From assembly GCA_016934055.1 (NCBI GenBank), contig JAFGTR010000087.1:17780-81779 (forward strand): 64,000 nucleotides of DNA, in the 5' to 3' direction. Origin of the DNA: Bacteroidales bacterium. GTDB taxonomy: Bacteria > Bacteroidota > Bacteroidia > Bacteroidales > UBA10428. Position numbers and translations under genes: made by a program. This document shows positions 26,501-34,297 of the stretch, piece after piece (the first letter of the stretch is position 1; every line of letters begins with the position of its first letter). The notes below the pieces were generated by a model. That model made no database searches. It was not told where the DNA came from and saw only the letters and a program-made list of their open reading frames with translations.

Positions 26501-26683
26501 AAGAATATTTTCCTGAAATCTGTTGGCTTGTCTTTTGTTGGCCGTAACCTTGCTCTCTGGACTTCATACCCGAATTTTGATCCTGAGACAAATACAGGCG
26601 GAGCGGTAAACGGGCAAGGGCTTGAATATGTTGCCTTCCCCCAGATTGCAAGCTTTGGCGGAAGATTATCAATAACCTTCTAA
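23528..26683 (+). CDS. SusC/RagA-family TonB-linked outer membrane transporter
   Basis: Signal peptide, CarboxypepD_reg-like domain (VTGLVTGADDGGPLPGVTVVVKETGTGVTTNMDGHYSI), plug (IEVLKGPVASALYG) and a terminal beta-strand ending in F. A SusD homolog follows directly. Confidence 0.9.
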   Translation: MKKFFFTALIVAVCFPFITAQVRTVTGLVTGADDGGPLPGVTVVVKETGTGVTTNMDGHYSIEVPPGGLVLQFSFVGMKTIEIPIEGRTTIDVVMETEFMEMDEVVVTALGIRREKKALNYSTQSVKNDMLTVAAQPNVTNALQGKVAGVSITQSSGMPGASSYITIRGATSLSGNNQPLYVVDGMPIYSDAIFTEPTDVNRVTNSDASSRALDINPMDIETIEVLKGPVASALYGLKAGNGVVLITTKSGKGMKEGQGLVSYSTSYTTDIVTRFPELQSTYAQGADGVFQEGTSRSYGPKIEDLGTYEDIWGNTVEGKLYDNVSPFFQNGLTMTHDLGFTKAGDNYNLYASLGYTSQKGVIPETGMKRYTGKITGEYKVSKKLTVGGSAMYANMNVDKIPNGSNLSNPLFTVYYAPRSFDMWNNPYSHEDDPYQQYHYRSAMDNPRWSIANNDFNEANDRLIGNTHLEYKPWEFLTIRYQIGVDFVINNQKEVYELGSGETGGRTDPPSGGKITDFSYFTRAWNSNASVTLNKSFGDFGVNLVVGQETDDSYAREITMYGEGFVIGGYHNMANSESQRPFENTYQMRTAGIYGSTTLSYKSILFLSATAREDRVSNLARGNRDFFYPSVGGSFVFSELMPEFTNILTFGKIRSSYAMVGQAYGTPYATRNVFVTSATGYGGFLQDGIQFPFNGVTGFQHYYILFSDDLRPQNTKTFEIGADLRFLQGRIGLDYTYFHSNVEDQIFEVPISPSSGYQFELRNAGVLKSTGHEATLTLVPVKTQLFTWTMEANFTKYINTVEELAPGVEDIYLGGFTTPSIRALQGETYPSIYGIGYERDESGRIVVLDDPGNPYHGMPLATSDAIKIGDVQPDFLIGFNSTFTFKGVQVTALIDWKSGGEMYSGNNMLGELYGALKITEDRETPLVLDAVKGYYDESGELVITGENDIAIYRNQNFWDRTLNPLDEAHVHETSYVRFRELSVGYSLPSNWFKNIFLKSVGLSFVGRNLALWTSYPNFDPETNTGGAVNGQGLEYVAFPQIASFGGRLSITF

Positions 26684-26694
26684 AACCCGGACAA

Positions 26695-28098
26695 ATGAAA
26701 ACAATACTGCAATATGTTACCTTCGTAACACTTACAATACTGGTTCCGCTTTCCTGCAGCGAAGACGCTATGGATAAAGTCGATACGAACCATAATGATC
26801 CCACAGAGGTCCCCATTAAGCTGATACTTCCGCAAACCATCATGTCAACTGTTTTTGGTTTGTCGGGCAACGACCTGGCCTGGTTCTCTTCTGTATTTGT
26901 TGAACAAACCACAGGCGTTCATGGTCAGCTTGAAGATGCCGATAAGCGCCGGGCCATTAACACAACTATGTTGAATAACATATGGAATGAAATGTTTCAG
27001 ACCAATATAGATCTGGATTACATCATCGAGCGTGGTTCGGAGGATGGTGAAGAAGAAGGATACTGGGCAGCCGTTGGCATTGCGAAATTCCTGAAGGCCT
27101 ACAATTTCTCACTGGCGACTGACGCATGGGGATCCATACCCTTCTCAGAAGCAGGCCAAGGTTCTGAAAATCGCACACCTGTCTTTGAGAACGAGCAGGC
27201 CGTATATGATGGCATATTCAAACTGGTAAATGAAGCGATTGGTGATATGCAAAAGACATCGGTCGGGAACCCCGGAAATGTTGATTTCATTTATGGCGGC
27301 GATATGGATTTATGGATAAAGGCAGCTCACGGTTTTAAAGCACGTTGTTTTAACAGGCTGAGCAATGTTGGCCCTGAGTCTTATACCGACAGTGTTATTG
27401 CTTCATCTGCACTTTCTTTTGCAGATGCATCCGAATCATTCATATTCAATCAGTTTAACACATCCGCAACAGGTCAGTCACCCTGGTATCAGGAGGAGAA
27501 TGACAGAGGACACCATGCTGTAAGCAAAACGATTGACGACATCATGGTATCCCTGAATGATCCGCGACGCACCTTATGGTTTGCTACAATCGATGATGAG
27601 ATAATACCTGCCCCTAATGGCACAGCTATTTCAGACCAGGCACATAACATTTATTCACGTATCAGTTTTGATTATCTTACGGCTTTATCTCCAATGCCGG
27701 TTATCACTTATGATGAGATAAAATTTCTTGAAGCAGAAGCTCTTTTGCGAAAAGGCATGACTGAGGAGGCCAATACTTCTTATCTGACAGCTGTTGAGGA
27801 AGCCCTGCTAAGAGCTGAAGTAGCAGAAACTGATATAATCACCTATCTTGAGCAGGGAAATGTAAATGTCGGAAGCAGTAACCTCACAAAGCAGACCATT
27901 CTGACTCAGAAATATATATCTTTCTGGCTATTCCAGCCCATCGAGGCTTTCAGTGAGTACAGAAGAACCGGTGTTCCTGTTCTGCAAAATCCGCTGGGAC
28001 TACCACCTAATCGTTTCCCCTATGGTAATGATGAGGTAGCATCAAATCCCAACGTTCCTGATATTACATATCAAACAAAGCTTTGGTGGGCACTATAA
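26695..28098 (+). CDS. SusD/RagB-family nutrient-binding lipoprotein
   Basis: Lipoprotein signal (LVPLSCSED), position immediately after SusC, and TPR-like helical content with C-terminal EYRRTGVP. Confidence 0.8.
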   Translation: MKTILQYVTFVTLTILVPLSCSEDAMDKVDTNHNDPTEVPIKLILPQTIMSTVFGLSGNDLAWFSSVFVEQTTGVHGQLEDADKRRAINTTMLNNIWNEMFQTNIDLDYIIERGSEDGEEEGYWAAVGIAKFLKAYNFSLATDAWGSIPFSEAGQGSENRTPVFENEQAVYDGIFKLVNEAIGDMQKTSVGNPGNVDFIYGGDMDLWIKAAHGFKARCFNRLSNVGPESYTDSVIASSALSFADASESFIFNQFNTSATGQSPWYQEENDRGHHAVSKTIDDIMVSLNDPRRTLWFATIDDEIIPAPNGTAISDQAHNIYSRISFDYLTALSPMPVITYDEIKFLEAEALLRKGMTEEANTSYLTAVEEALLRAEVAETDIITYLEQGNVNVGSSNLTKQTILTQKYISFWLFQPIEAFSEYRRTGVPVLQNPLGLPPNRFPYGNDEVASNPNVPDITYQTKLWWAL

Positions 28099-28127
28099 GG
28101 TATTTTGATAACATAAAAAATAAGCAT

Positions 28128-28940
28128 ATGAAAAAAATAATATTTTCAATATTTATCATCAGCCTTTTCATTACCGGATGTTTCAAGGATGATGAAGAGA
28201 TACGGCAGGGCTATAAGGAAGCGGTAATGCCTGTCATTACCAATCTAAATCCTTCTTTTTTCGATCTTGCCGATATCAGCAACACCTATATTGAGTTTAC
28301 CGTTGATTTTGAAACTGCCGCTAAGTCCGTTACCATTGAAGAGACCTTTCAGGGTTATAAAAAGGTATTGGGAACTTATACATCCTTTCCTGCAACAGTA
28401 AGAATTACCGCAGCAGAGGCTGTTGAGGGAATTCCGGATGTTACAACCGCATCACTTGCACTCGGAGACAATTTCCTTTTCGAAATTGTTGCTGAAGCAC
28501 CCAATGGTGTTAAATCACGTTCAAATATTCTGGTCAATGCATCGGTTGCCTGTGAATCTGATCTGACAGGAACATACACTGTAATTGCCAATGGAAGCTC
28601 AACAGATCCGGGCCCAACACCTGATGAGAATCCTGCCGTTAATTATGAGTCAGAAGTGACCCTGACTGAAACAGACGTTAACGGTATATACATTATTTCT
28701 GATTTTTCCGGAGGCTTATATCCGCTCTGGTATGATGTATACGGGCTAACACCTGAAGAATGTGAAGGAACCATCCAGGATATATGCGGCACCCTGAGTT
28801 ATTACAATTTATTTGAACCTTATGGATCACCGGTCGAGGGAACAGGAAGTGTCGATCCGGTTACAGGTGTTATTACGCTTGAAGGAACAGCAACGGCATG
28901 GGGAGACACCTGGACACTGGTTTTGACCCCGAAGAAATGA
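28128..28940 (+). CDS. hypothetical surface lipoprotein (PUL accessory)
   Basis: The internal start MKKIIFSIFIISLFITGCFKDDEE gives a lipobox. It occupies the position of SusE/F-like accessory proteins. No motif recognised. Confidence 0.55.
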   Translation: MKKIIFSIFIISLFITGCFKDDEEIRQGYKEAVMPVITNLNPSFFDLADISNTYIEFTVDFETAAKSVTIEETFQGYKKVLGTYTSFPATVRITAAEAVEGIPDVTTASLALGDNFLFEIVAEAPNGVKSRSNILVNASVACESDLTGTYTVIANGSSTDPGPTPDENPAVNYESEVTLTETDVNGIYIISDFSGGLYPLWYDVYGLTPEECEGTIQDICGTLSYYNLFEPYGSPVEGTGSVDPVTGVITLEGTATAWGDTWTLVLTPKK

Positions 28941-29008
28941 CAATCCGTTCATTGATTTTATATCAACAATACCATTGAAAGACCATCTTTCTGTGATTGA
29001 AGAATGCT

Positions 29009-29067
29009 GATACCCCGAGGGACGTTTTAAACCCTGCCTAGCCGGCAGTCATTCCCTTCGGGGTATC
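29009..29067. repeat. nested hairpin (outer 14-15 bp stem, inner CTGCC/GGCAG stem)
   Basis: GATACCCCGAGGGA (29009-29022) pairs with TCCCTTCGGGGTATC (29053-29067). The inner hairpin CTGCC-TAGCC-GGCAG (29034-29048) resembles the family A/B hairpin cores. Confidence 0.6.
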
Positions 29068-29212
29068 ATTATGGATTCTCATAATGTCTTTTACGTCCGC
29101 TTACGTGCATGGAAAGTCCGGATCCGGACATTGAAAAAAGTATGTGCTCTTACAAATTTTGAGGTCAATATATTGATAAATTGAAAGTTAAGATATATGG
29201 CCTATTTTGTGT

Positions 29213-29252
29213 AATTAATTCAAGTTGCCAGTTATAAAGTTCTTAATATGAT
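29213..29252 (-). repeat. partial family D repeat (terminal ~40 nt only)
   Basis: AATTAATTCAAGTTGCCAGTTATAAAGTTCTTAATATGAT matches the reverse complement of 41534-41575. There are 22 and 12 nt exact blocks; similarity is then lost. Confidence 0.55.
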
Positions 29253-29361
29253 ATAACCACATAGGGTACTTCATTATTGAAAGGTCTTTCTCAAAGAGAT
29301 GTGAGAAATAACAGGGAACAGGTATAAATCAATATTTTATGTATCCTATTTTTAAAACTGT

Positions 29362-31344
29362 ATGAAAACCCTGGCAAATCTTACCTGTACATTTGTAATC
29401 CTTTTGGGATTACCGGGGATTTCTTATTCTTTTGCTTCTCCATATGATCAGTCCTCTGACAATATACTGGTTGAATCGGCTTCAGATTCTTTACGGCTCA
29501 TAACACTCTTTGATTCAGCAAAATATTATGTCAGGATTGACCCAATCCTCAGTAAGAATCTGCTGCAAAAGCTCATTTATATTGGCGAACAAAAAAACAG
29601 CAGCCTGTTGCCTGAATATTATAACATATATGGGTCGGCAAATTATTTTCTTGGCAAATATTCAGATTCAAAGCTGTATTATGAGAAGTCACTAAAACTC
29701 TATCAGCAATGTAAAGATACTGTTGAAATTATCAGACTTCAGAATAATCTTGGCTATCTTTTTTCTGTTACAGGCAATTATGAACTTTCACTTGAACATT
29801 ATCATCAGGGATTGTTGCTGGCTGAGACCCTGTATCAAGGAGGAAGGCTGCCCTCCATTTCATCACAACTCGGAAATAAAACTGCCGATCAGCTGCTGAA
29901 TCATCTTTATGCCAATATAGGCAGAATTCATGCACGATATAACAATTACCAGGATGCTATTAACAACTACCAGCGGGCTCTTGAATCAGCTGAAAAAGCC
30001 GGGAACAGGTATTACTACGCATATTATCTTAATGAGTTGGCTACTCTGCATACAGAAATCAAAGAATACGAACAGGCATTAATATTTTGTAACCGTGCTA
30101 TTGAGGTTAACAAGGAAATTGATAACAGGTTGGGCATAGGCATTAATTATCAGACTATGGGAGAGATCTATGCCCGTAAGGATAAAATTGAAAATGCCGA
30201 GATATATCTGAACAAAGGGCTCGAACTTATTGAAAATGAAGATGATTTACCAAGCAAAGCCGATGCTCTATTCAGCAGAATTCGCATTCAATTGAGTACC
30301 AGACAGTTTTTAAATGTTCAGCAGGATCTTGACGAATGTCTTGATATTGCCCATAATACAGGTAATATTGATATTCTGAAAAACTACCATTTCTACCAGT
30401 TTCAACTTGATTCATCAAGAGGGAAAACAGAAAGCGCTCTTGAGAATTTTGTAAAATATCATAATTTACAATCGACACTTTTGGATATCCAGAAAAATAA
30501 ACGCATCAATGAATTGCAGATTGCTTATGAATCACAGCGAAAGGAAAAGGAATTGGAGTTGCTGTCAAAAGAAAACGAGGTACAGCGCGTAAAATTAAAT
30601 AAGGCCCGGAATTTTGTTTATTTCATTATTGGTGCTTTTACATTGATCCTTATAATTGTTTACCTCCTGATGCAATACCAGAAACTCAGGATTAAACATA
30701 AAGTCATTGAGCTTAAGCAGAAGAATCTCAATCAACAGATGAATCCGCATTTTGTTTACAATTGTCTGAATTCAATTCAATGCTATATTTTTCAAAATGA
30801 TACAGGCCGGTCTATGATCTATCTGTCGAAATTCGCCAAACTTATGCGCAGGATCCTGCAGAGTTCACAGCATGAGTATATGTCCATTCATGATGAAACC
30901 GAACTACTGACATTATACCTGGAACTGGAGTCTATGCGTTTCAAGGGAAAATTTGACTACAACATAAAAGTGGATGGGAAAATCGATCCTGACTATTATA
31001 AGATCCCTACCCTTTTGTTGCAGCCTTTTGTGGAAAATTCACTTTGGCACGGTATTCAGAATAAAACCGGGAAAGGACATATTGACATTGAATTCAGACT
31101 TATTAATGATCTTCTTTTATGCAGTATTGAAGATGACGGCATAGGCCGTAATAAAGCAGCTCTTCTGAAAAAAGAATACCATGAAAATCATCGGTCGCTT
31201 GGAACACATATTACACAGGACCGCATGAGATTACTGAGGGAATTATACGGTAAAAAGCTTGATATTCGGTATATTGACCTTACAAATAATAACAATTTAC
31301 CTGCAGGTACCCGTGTTGAGATCAATCTGCCTGTTTTAAACTAA
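29362..31344 (+). CDS. TPR-containing LytS/YehU-type sensor histidine kinase
   Basis: N-terminal signal plus TPR repeats, coiled coil, one TM (FVYFIIGAFTLILIIVYLLM), then the His_kinase box NPHFVYNCLNSIQ and an HATPase region (IEDDGIG). Confidence 0.85.
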   Translation: MKTLANLTCTFVILLGLPGISYSFASPYDQSSDNILVESASDSLRLITLFDSAKYYVRIDPILSKNLLQKLIYIGEQKNSSLLPEYYNIYGSANYFLGKYSDSKLYYEKSLKLYQQCKDTVEIIRLQNNLGYLFSVTGNYELSLEHYHQGLLLAETLYQGGRLPSISSQLGNKTADQLLNHLYANIGRIHARYNNYQDAINNYQRALESAEKAGNRYYYAYYLNELATLHTEIKEYEQALIFCNRAIEVNKEIDNRLGIGINYQTMGEIYARKDKIENAEIYLNKGLELIENEDDLPSKADALFSRIRIQLSTRQFLNVQQDLDECLDIAHNTGNIDILKNYHFYQFQLDSSRGKTESALENFVKYHNLQSTLLDIQKNKRINELQIAYESQRKEKELELLSKENEVQRVKLNKARNFVYFIIGAFTLILIIVYLLMQYQKLRIKHKVIELKQKNLNQQMNPHFVYNCLNSIQCYIFQNDTGRSMIYLSKFAKLMRRILQSSQHEYMSIHDETELLTLYLELESMRFKGKFDYNIKVDGKIDPDYYKIPTLLLQPFVENSLWHGIQNKTGKGHIDIEFRLINDLLLCSIEDDGIGRNKAALLKKEYHENHRSLGTHITQDRMRLLRELYGKKLDIRYIDLTNNNNLPAGTRVEINLPVLN

Positions 31345-31350
31345 GTATAC

Positions 31351-32097
31351 ATGTTACAAACAATTATCATCGACGATGAACCTGACTGCATCCTGTTTCT
31401 TGAGAATATCCTCAGGACAAATTGTTCTTATATCAATGTTGCCGGAACTGCAACAACGGTTTCAGACGGAATAAAGGAAATTCTTAAAAATAACCCCGAC
31501 CTCGTATTGCTCGATGTCAAGTTATCTCCCGGAACAGGTTTCGATATTCTGAATAAAATACCACAAAGGAATTTTAAAATAATTTTTATTACAGCCCACG
31601 ATGATTATGCTATTCAGGCATTTCGTTACAGCGCTGTTGATTATATCCTTAAGCCCGTAGATATCACAGATCTGATTTCAGCCGTCAGCAAAGTCAATCA
31701 GTCGGTTTCACATAATCATATGCTGGATTTCAACGTATTACTTGATAACATAAAAACAGATATTCCTCAAAAGCTTGCCATTCCCACTTCATCAGGTTAT
31801 GAGTATCTTAATGTAAGCGAAATAATTCATATCCAGGCAGACAGGAGTTACTGTGTATTCCACCTTATCAGCAAAAGAAAGATAATGGTGTCAAAATGCC
31901 TGAATGATTATCAGCAAATCCTTGATGACAGAAAGTTTTTCAGAATTCATCATTCATTTCTTATCAATCTTCAGCATGTAAAATCATTATCGAGGAAAGA
32001 CGGCGGATTTGTTGAAATGACCGATGGCAGTCAGATACCCATTGCCAGAAGAAAGAGAGAGTTCTTTGCTGAAGCCATGAGGAGATATGCTATGTAG
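31351..32097 (+). CDS. LytTR-family DNA-binding response regulator
   Basis: Receiver domain (IIDDEP...DLVLLDVKL...ITAHDDYA) plus C-terminal LytTR (IHIQADRSYCVFHL...FFRIHHSFLINLQHV). Confidence 0.9.
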   Translation: MLQTIIIDDEPDCILFLENILRTNCSYINVAGTATTVSDGIKEILKNNPDLVLLDVKLSPGTGFDILNKIPQRNFKIIFITAHDDYAIQAFRYSAVDYILKPVDITDLISAVSKVNQSVSHNHMLDFNVLLDNIKTDIPQKLAIPTSSGYEYLNVSEIIHIQADRSYCVFHLISKRKIMVSKCLNDYQQILDDRKFFRIHHSFLINLQHVKSLSRKDGGFVEMTDGSQIPIARRKREFFAEAMRRYAM

Positions 32098-32827
32098 TCT
32101 TTTTACAGTTTAATACTATTTCATCTTTCAGCCCCAGGACAGGTTCTGCGTTAAAATGATCAATATAAACTGAGAAGCCGGCTTTCTGTAAACGTTCACG
32201 CAGACCTTCAGCCGAATATAAACGAACATGGTCTTCCTGCCCAAAATGCTGTAACCTTCCGGCAGGATCGGAAATATTGTTATTTTCATAAATGTCACCT
32301 TCTTTGAAAGGTGTTTGAATCAATACCGTGCCCCCCGGTTTTAAAATACGGTATAATTCTCTGATGGCTTTTCTGTCATCAGGAATATGTTCAAGAACAT
32401 GAAAGCAGATAATAAGGTCAAAACATCCGTCTTTCTCAGGAACATCAGTGATGTCATAATGTTTGTCAGTATGAGCATTCCGGTCATAATCCGTTGTGCT
32501 GTATCCTTCAGAAAAGAACCGATTCATTTTATGCTGAAGAATTCTCGAAGGTGAAAAGTGCAATATCTTTATTCCTGTCTTCAGCCAATCATTCTGCTGA
32601 AGTATCAGCCATAAACGCCGGTGCCTCGGAAGGCTTCCGCAACGCGGGCAAAGGAGGTCACCTGACTGAAGTGTGATAAACCGTGAAAAAGATCCGCTGC
32701 ATAATACACATTTTACTATCCGGCCACGGTAAAAAACAGAGAAAAGCCGTCGCAGCAGAAACTCTGAACGAAGAATAAACCGCTTTGGCAAAAGGTAATA
32801 CAACGCTTTTTTTACGGTTGAATACAT
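32090..32827 (-). CDS. class I SAM-dependent methyltransferase with N-terminal zinc ribbon
   Basis: CVLCSG...CPRCGS zinc ribbon and Methyltransf_11-like FDLIICFHVLEHIPD...LKPGGTVLIQTP. The 3' end overlaps the response-regulator gene by 8 nt (convergent). Confidence 0.8.
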   Translation of the reverse strand: MYSTVKKALYYLLPKRFILRSEFLLRRLFSVFYRGRIVKCVLCSGSFSRFITLQSGDLLCPRCGSLPRHRRLWLILQQNDWLKTGIKILHFSPSRILQHKMNRFFSEGYSTTDYDRNAHTDKHYDITDVPEKDGCFDLIICFHVLEHIPDDRKAIRELYRILKPGGTVLIQTPFKEGDIYENNNISDPAGRLQHFGQEDHVRLYSAEGLRERLQKAGFSVYIDHFNAEPVLGLKDEIVLNCKKTT

Positions 32828-32892
32828 GTATGATAGAATTATTTTGTATTTTTCAATGATTATAAATCCCCGTAAATATCAAAATTTATATT

Positions 32893-34176
32893 ATGAAAAC
32901 GAAATTATTGCTGATTGTATGGTTGATCTTCCCGTTATTGTTCGCCTGCACATCTAAAGAAGCTCAGAATAAAGACAATAAATACATGTATTTTATCAGT
33001 GCAAAGCCAGAATCGGTTGGATTTTCATCGAACCGGCTGGCCCGATTGGATACATTTCTGCAACAGGCTGTTGACAGGGGGGATATTCCTAATGCTGCCA
33101 CCTTTATTGTCCGAAAGGGAAAAGTTGTTCATTACAAGGCTTTTGGTTTTCGTGATATTGAAAAGAACATTCCGCTTGAAACTACAGATATATTTCGTAT
33201 AGCATCGCAAAGCAAGGCCATAATTTCTGTTGCCCTGATGACCCTTTATGAGGAAGGCAGGTTCTGGCTCGACGAACCTGTTTCCAAATATATTCCTGCT
33301 TTCAGAAATCCCACTGTCCTTGAAACCTTTAACCCGGCAGATTCGTCATATACTGTGCGTCCGGCCAGGAGCGAGATTACAATCAGACAGTTGCTGAATC
33401 ATACTGCCGGTTATCCTTATGACCATCCTGTATATGTGAAAGCCGGCATACCCATGCTTAACAGCACCGATGATATAACAATAGAAGAAGTTGTTAACAG
33501 ACTGGCTGCTCTGCCTCTTGTTCACGATCCGGGTGAGGCATTTACTTACGGCTTGCACACTGACATTATCGGTCGCCTGGTGGAGGTCCTCTCAAGCAAA
33601 TCGCTGGATATATATCTGAAAGAACGAATATTTGATCCGCTGGGTATGAAAGATACCTATTTCTATCTGCCGGAAGAAAAAAAGGACAGATTGGTAACGT
33701 TGTATGAAAAACCAACAATTGACAGCAAACTTAAAGTGGCTTCCAGTCAATTGAACCAGTTTTTTCCAGTGTCAGGACATAAAAAGTATTTTTCAGGGGG
33801 AGCAGGTCTGGTTGGCACAATTGAAGACTATGGCCGTTTATGTCTGATGTTGCTGAATGGTGGCGAATTCAACGGTCAACGCATTCTGGGCCGAAAAACC
33901 ATTGAGATGATGATCTCCAACCAGATCGGAAATCTGGCGGTATGGGGCAGTGGTAATAAATTTGGGCTGGGTTTTGAAATAATAACAGAACAGGGCGCTG
34001 CCAAAATACCCGGATCTGTTGGTTCATTCAAATGGGGCGGTGCTTACGCCACAGATTACCTTATTGACCCTGCAGAAGAGATGATTTGCCTGGTTTATAC
34101 AAATTCAATGCCCAATGCATTCTGGCAAATAACACATTTATACAGACCTTTAATATACCAGGCGCTGGAGGACTAA
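32893..34176 (+). CDS. serine hydrolase (class C beta-lactamase / esterase EstB-like family) lipoprotein
   Basis: Lipobox LLFACTS, SxxK motif (IASQSKAI) and a YxN-like region. 427 aa. Confidence 0.8.
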   Translation: MKTKLLLIVWLIFPLLFACTSKEAQNKDNKYMYFISAKPESVGFSSNRLARLDTFLQQAVDRGDIPNAATFIVRKGKVVHYKAFGFRDIEKNIPLETTDIFRIASQSKAIISVALMTLYEEGRFWLDEPVSKYIPAFRNPTVLETFNPADSSYTVRPARSEITIRQLLNHTAGYPYDHPVYVKAGIPMLNSTDDITIEEVVNRLAALPLVHDPGEAFTYGLHTDIIGRLVEVLSSKSLDIYLKERIFDPLGMKDTYFYLPEEKKDRLVTLYEKPTIDSKLKVASSQLNQFFPVSGHKKYFSGGAGLVGTIEDYGRLCLMLLNGGEFNGQRILGRKTIEMMISNQIGNLAVWGSGNKFGLGFEIITEQGAAKIPGSVGSFKWGGAYATDYLIDPAEEMICLVYTNSMPNAFWQITHLYRPLIYQALED

Positions 34177-34297
34177 TTATTTGGTGATTTGGTGACCTGC
34201 CCGACGGCAGGCGGGTTTGGTGATTTGTTATGGTTGTTATGGTTGTTATGCTTTCTTTAATCTTTAATCAATAATCTTTGATCATTGATCTAAATTT
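34175..34297 (-). repeat. family B hairpin core (inverted copy) plus 9-mer and heptad arrays
   Basis: The reverse complement of 34175-34225 is AATCACCAAACCCGCCTGCCGTCGGGCAGGTCACCAAATCACCAAATAATT. Then come GTTATGGTT x2.5 and in-register 7-mers CTTTAAT/CAATAAT/CTTTGAT/CATTGAT. Together they fill the whole gap between two convergent stop codons. Confidence 0.8.
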
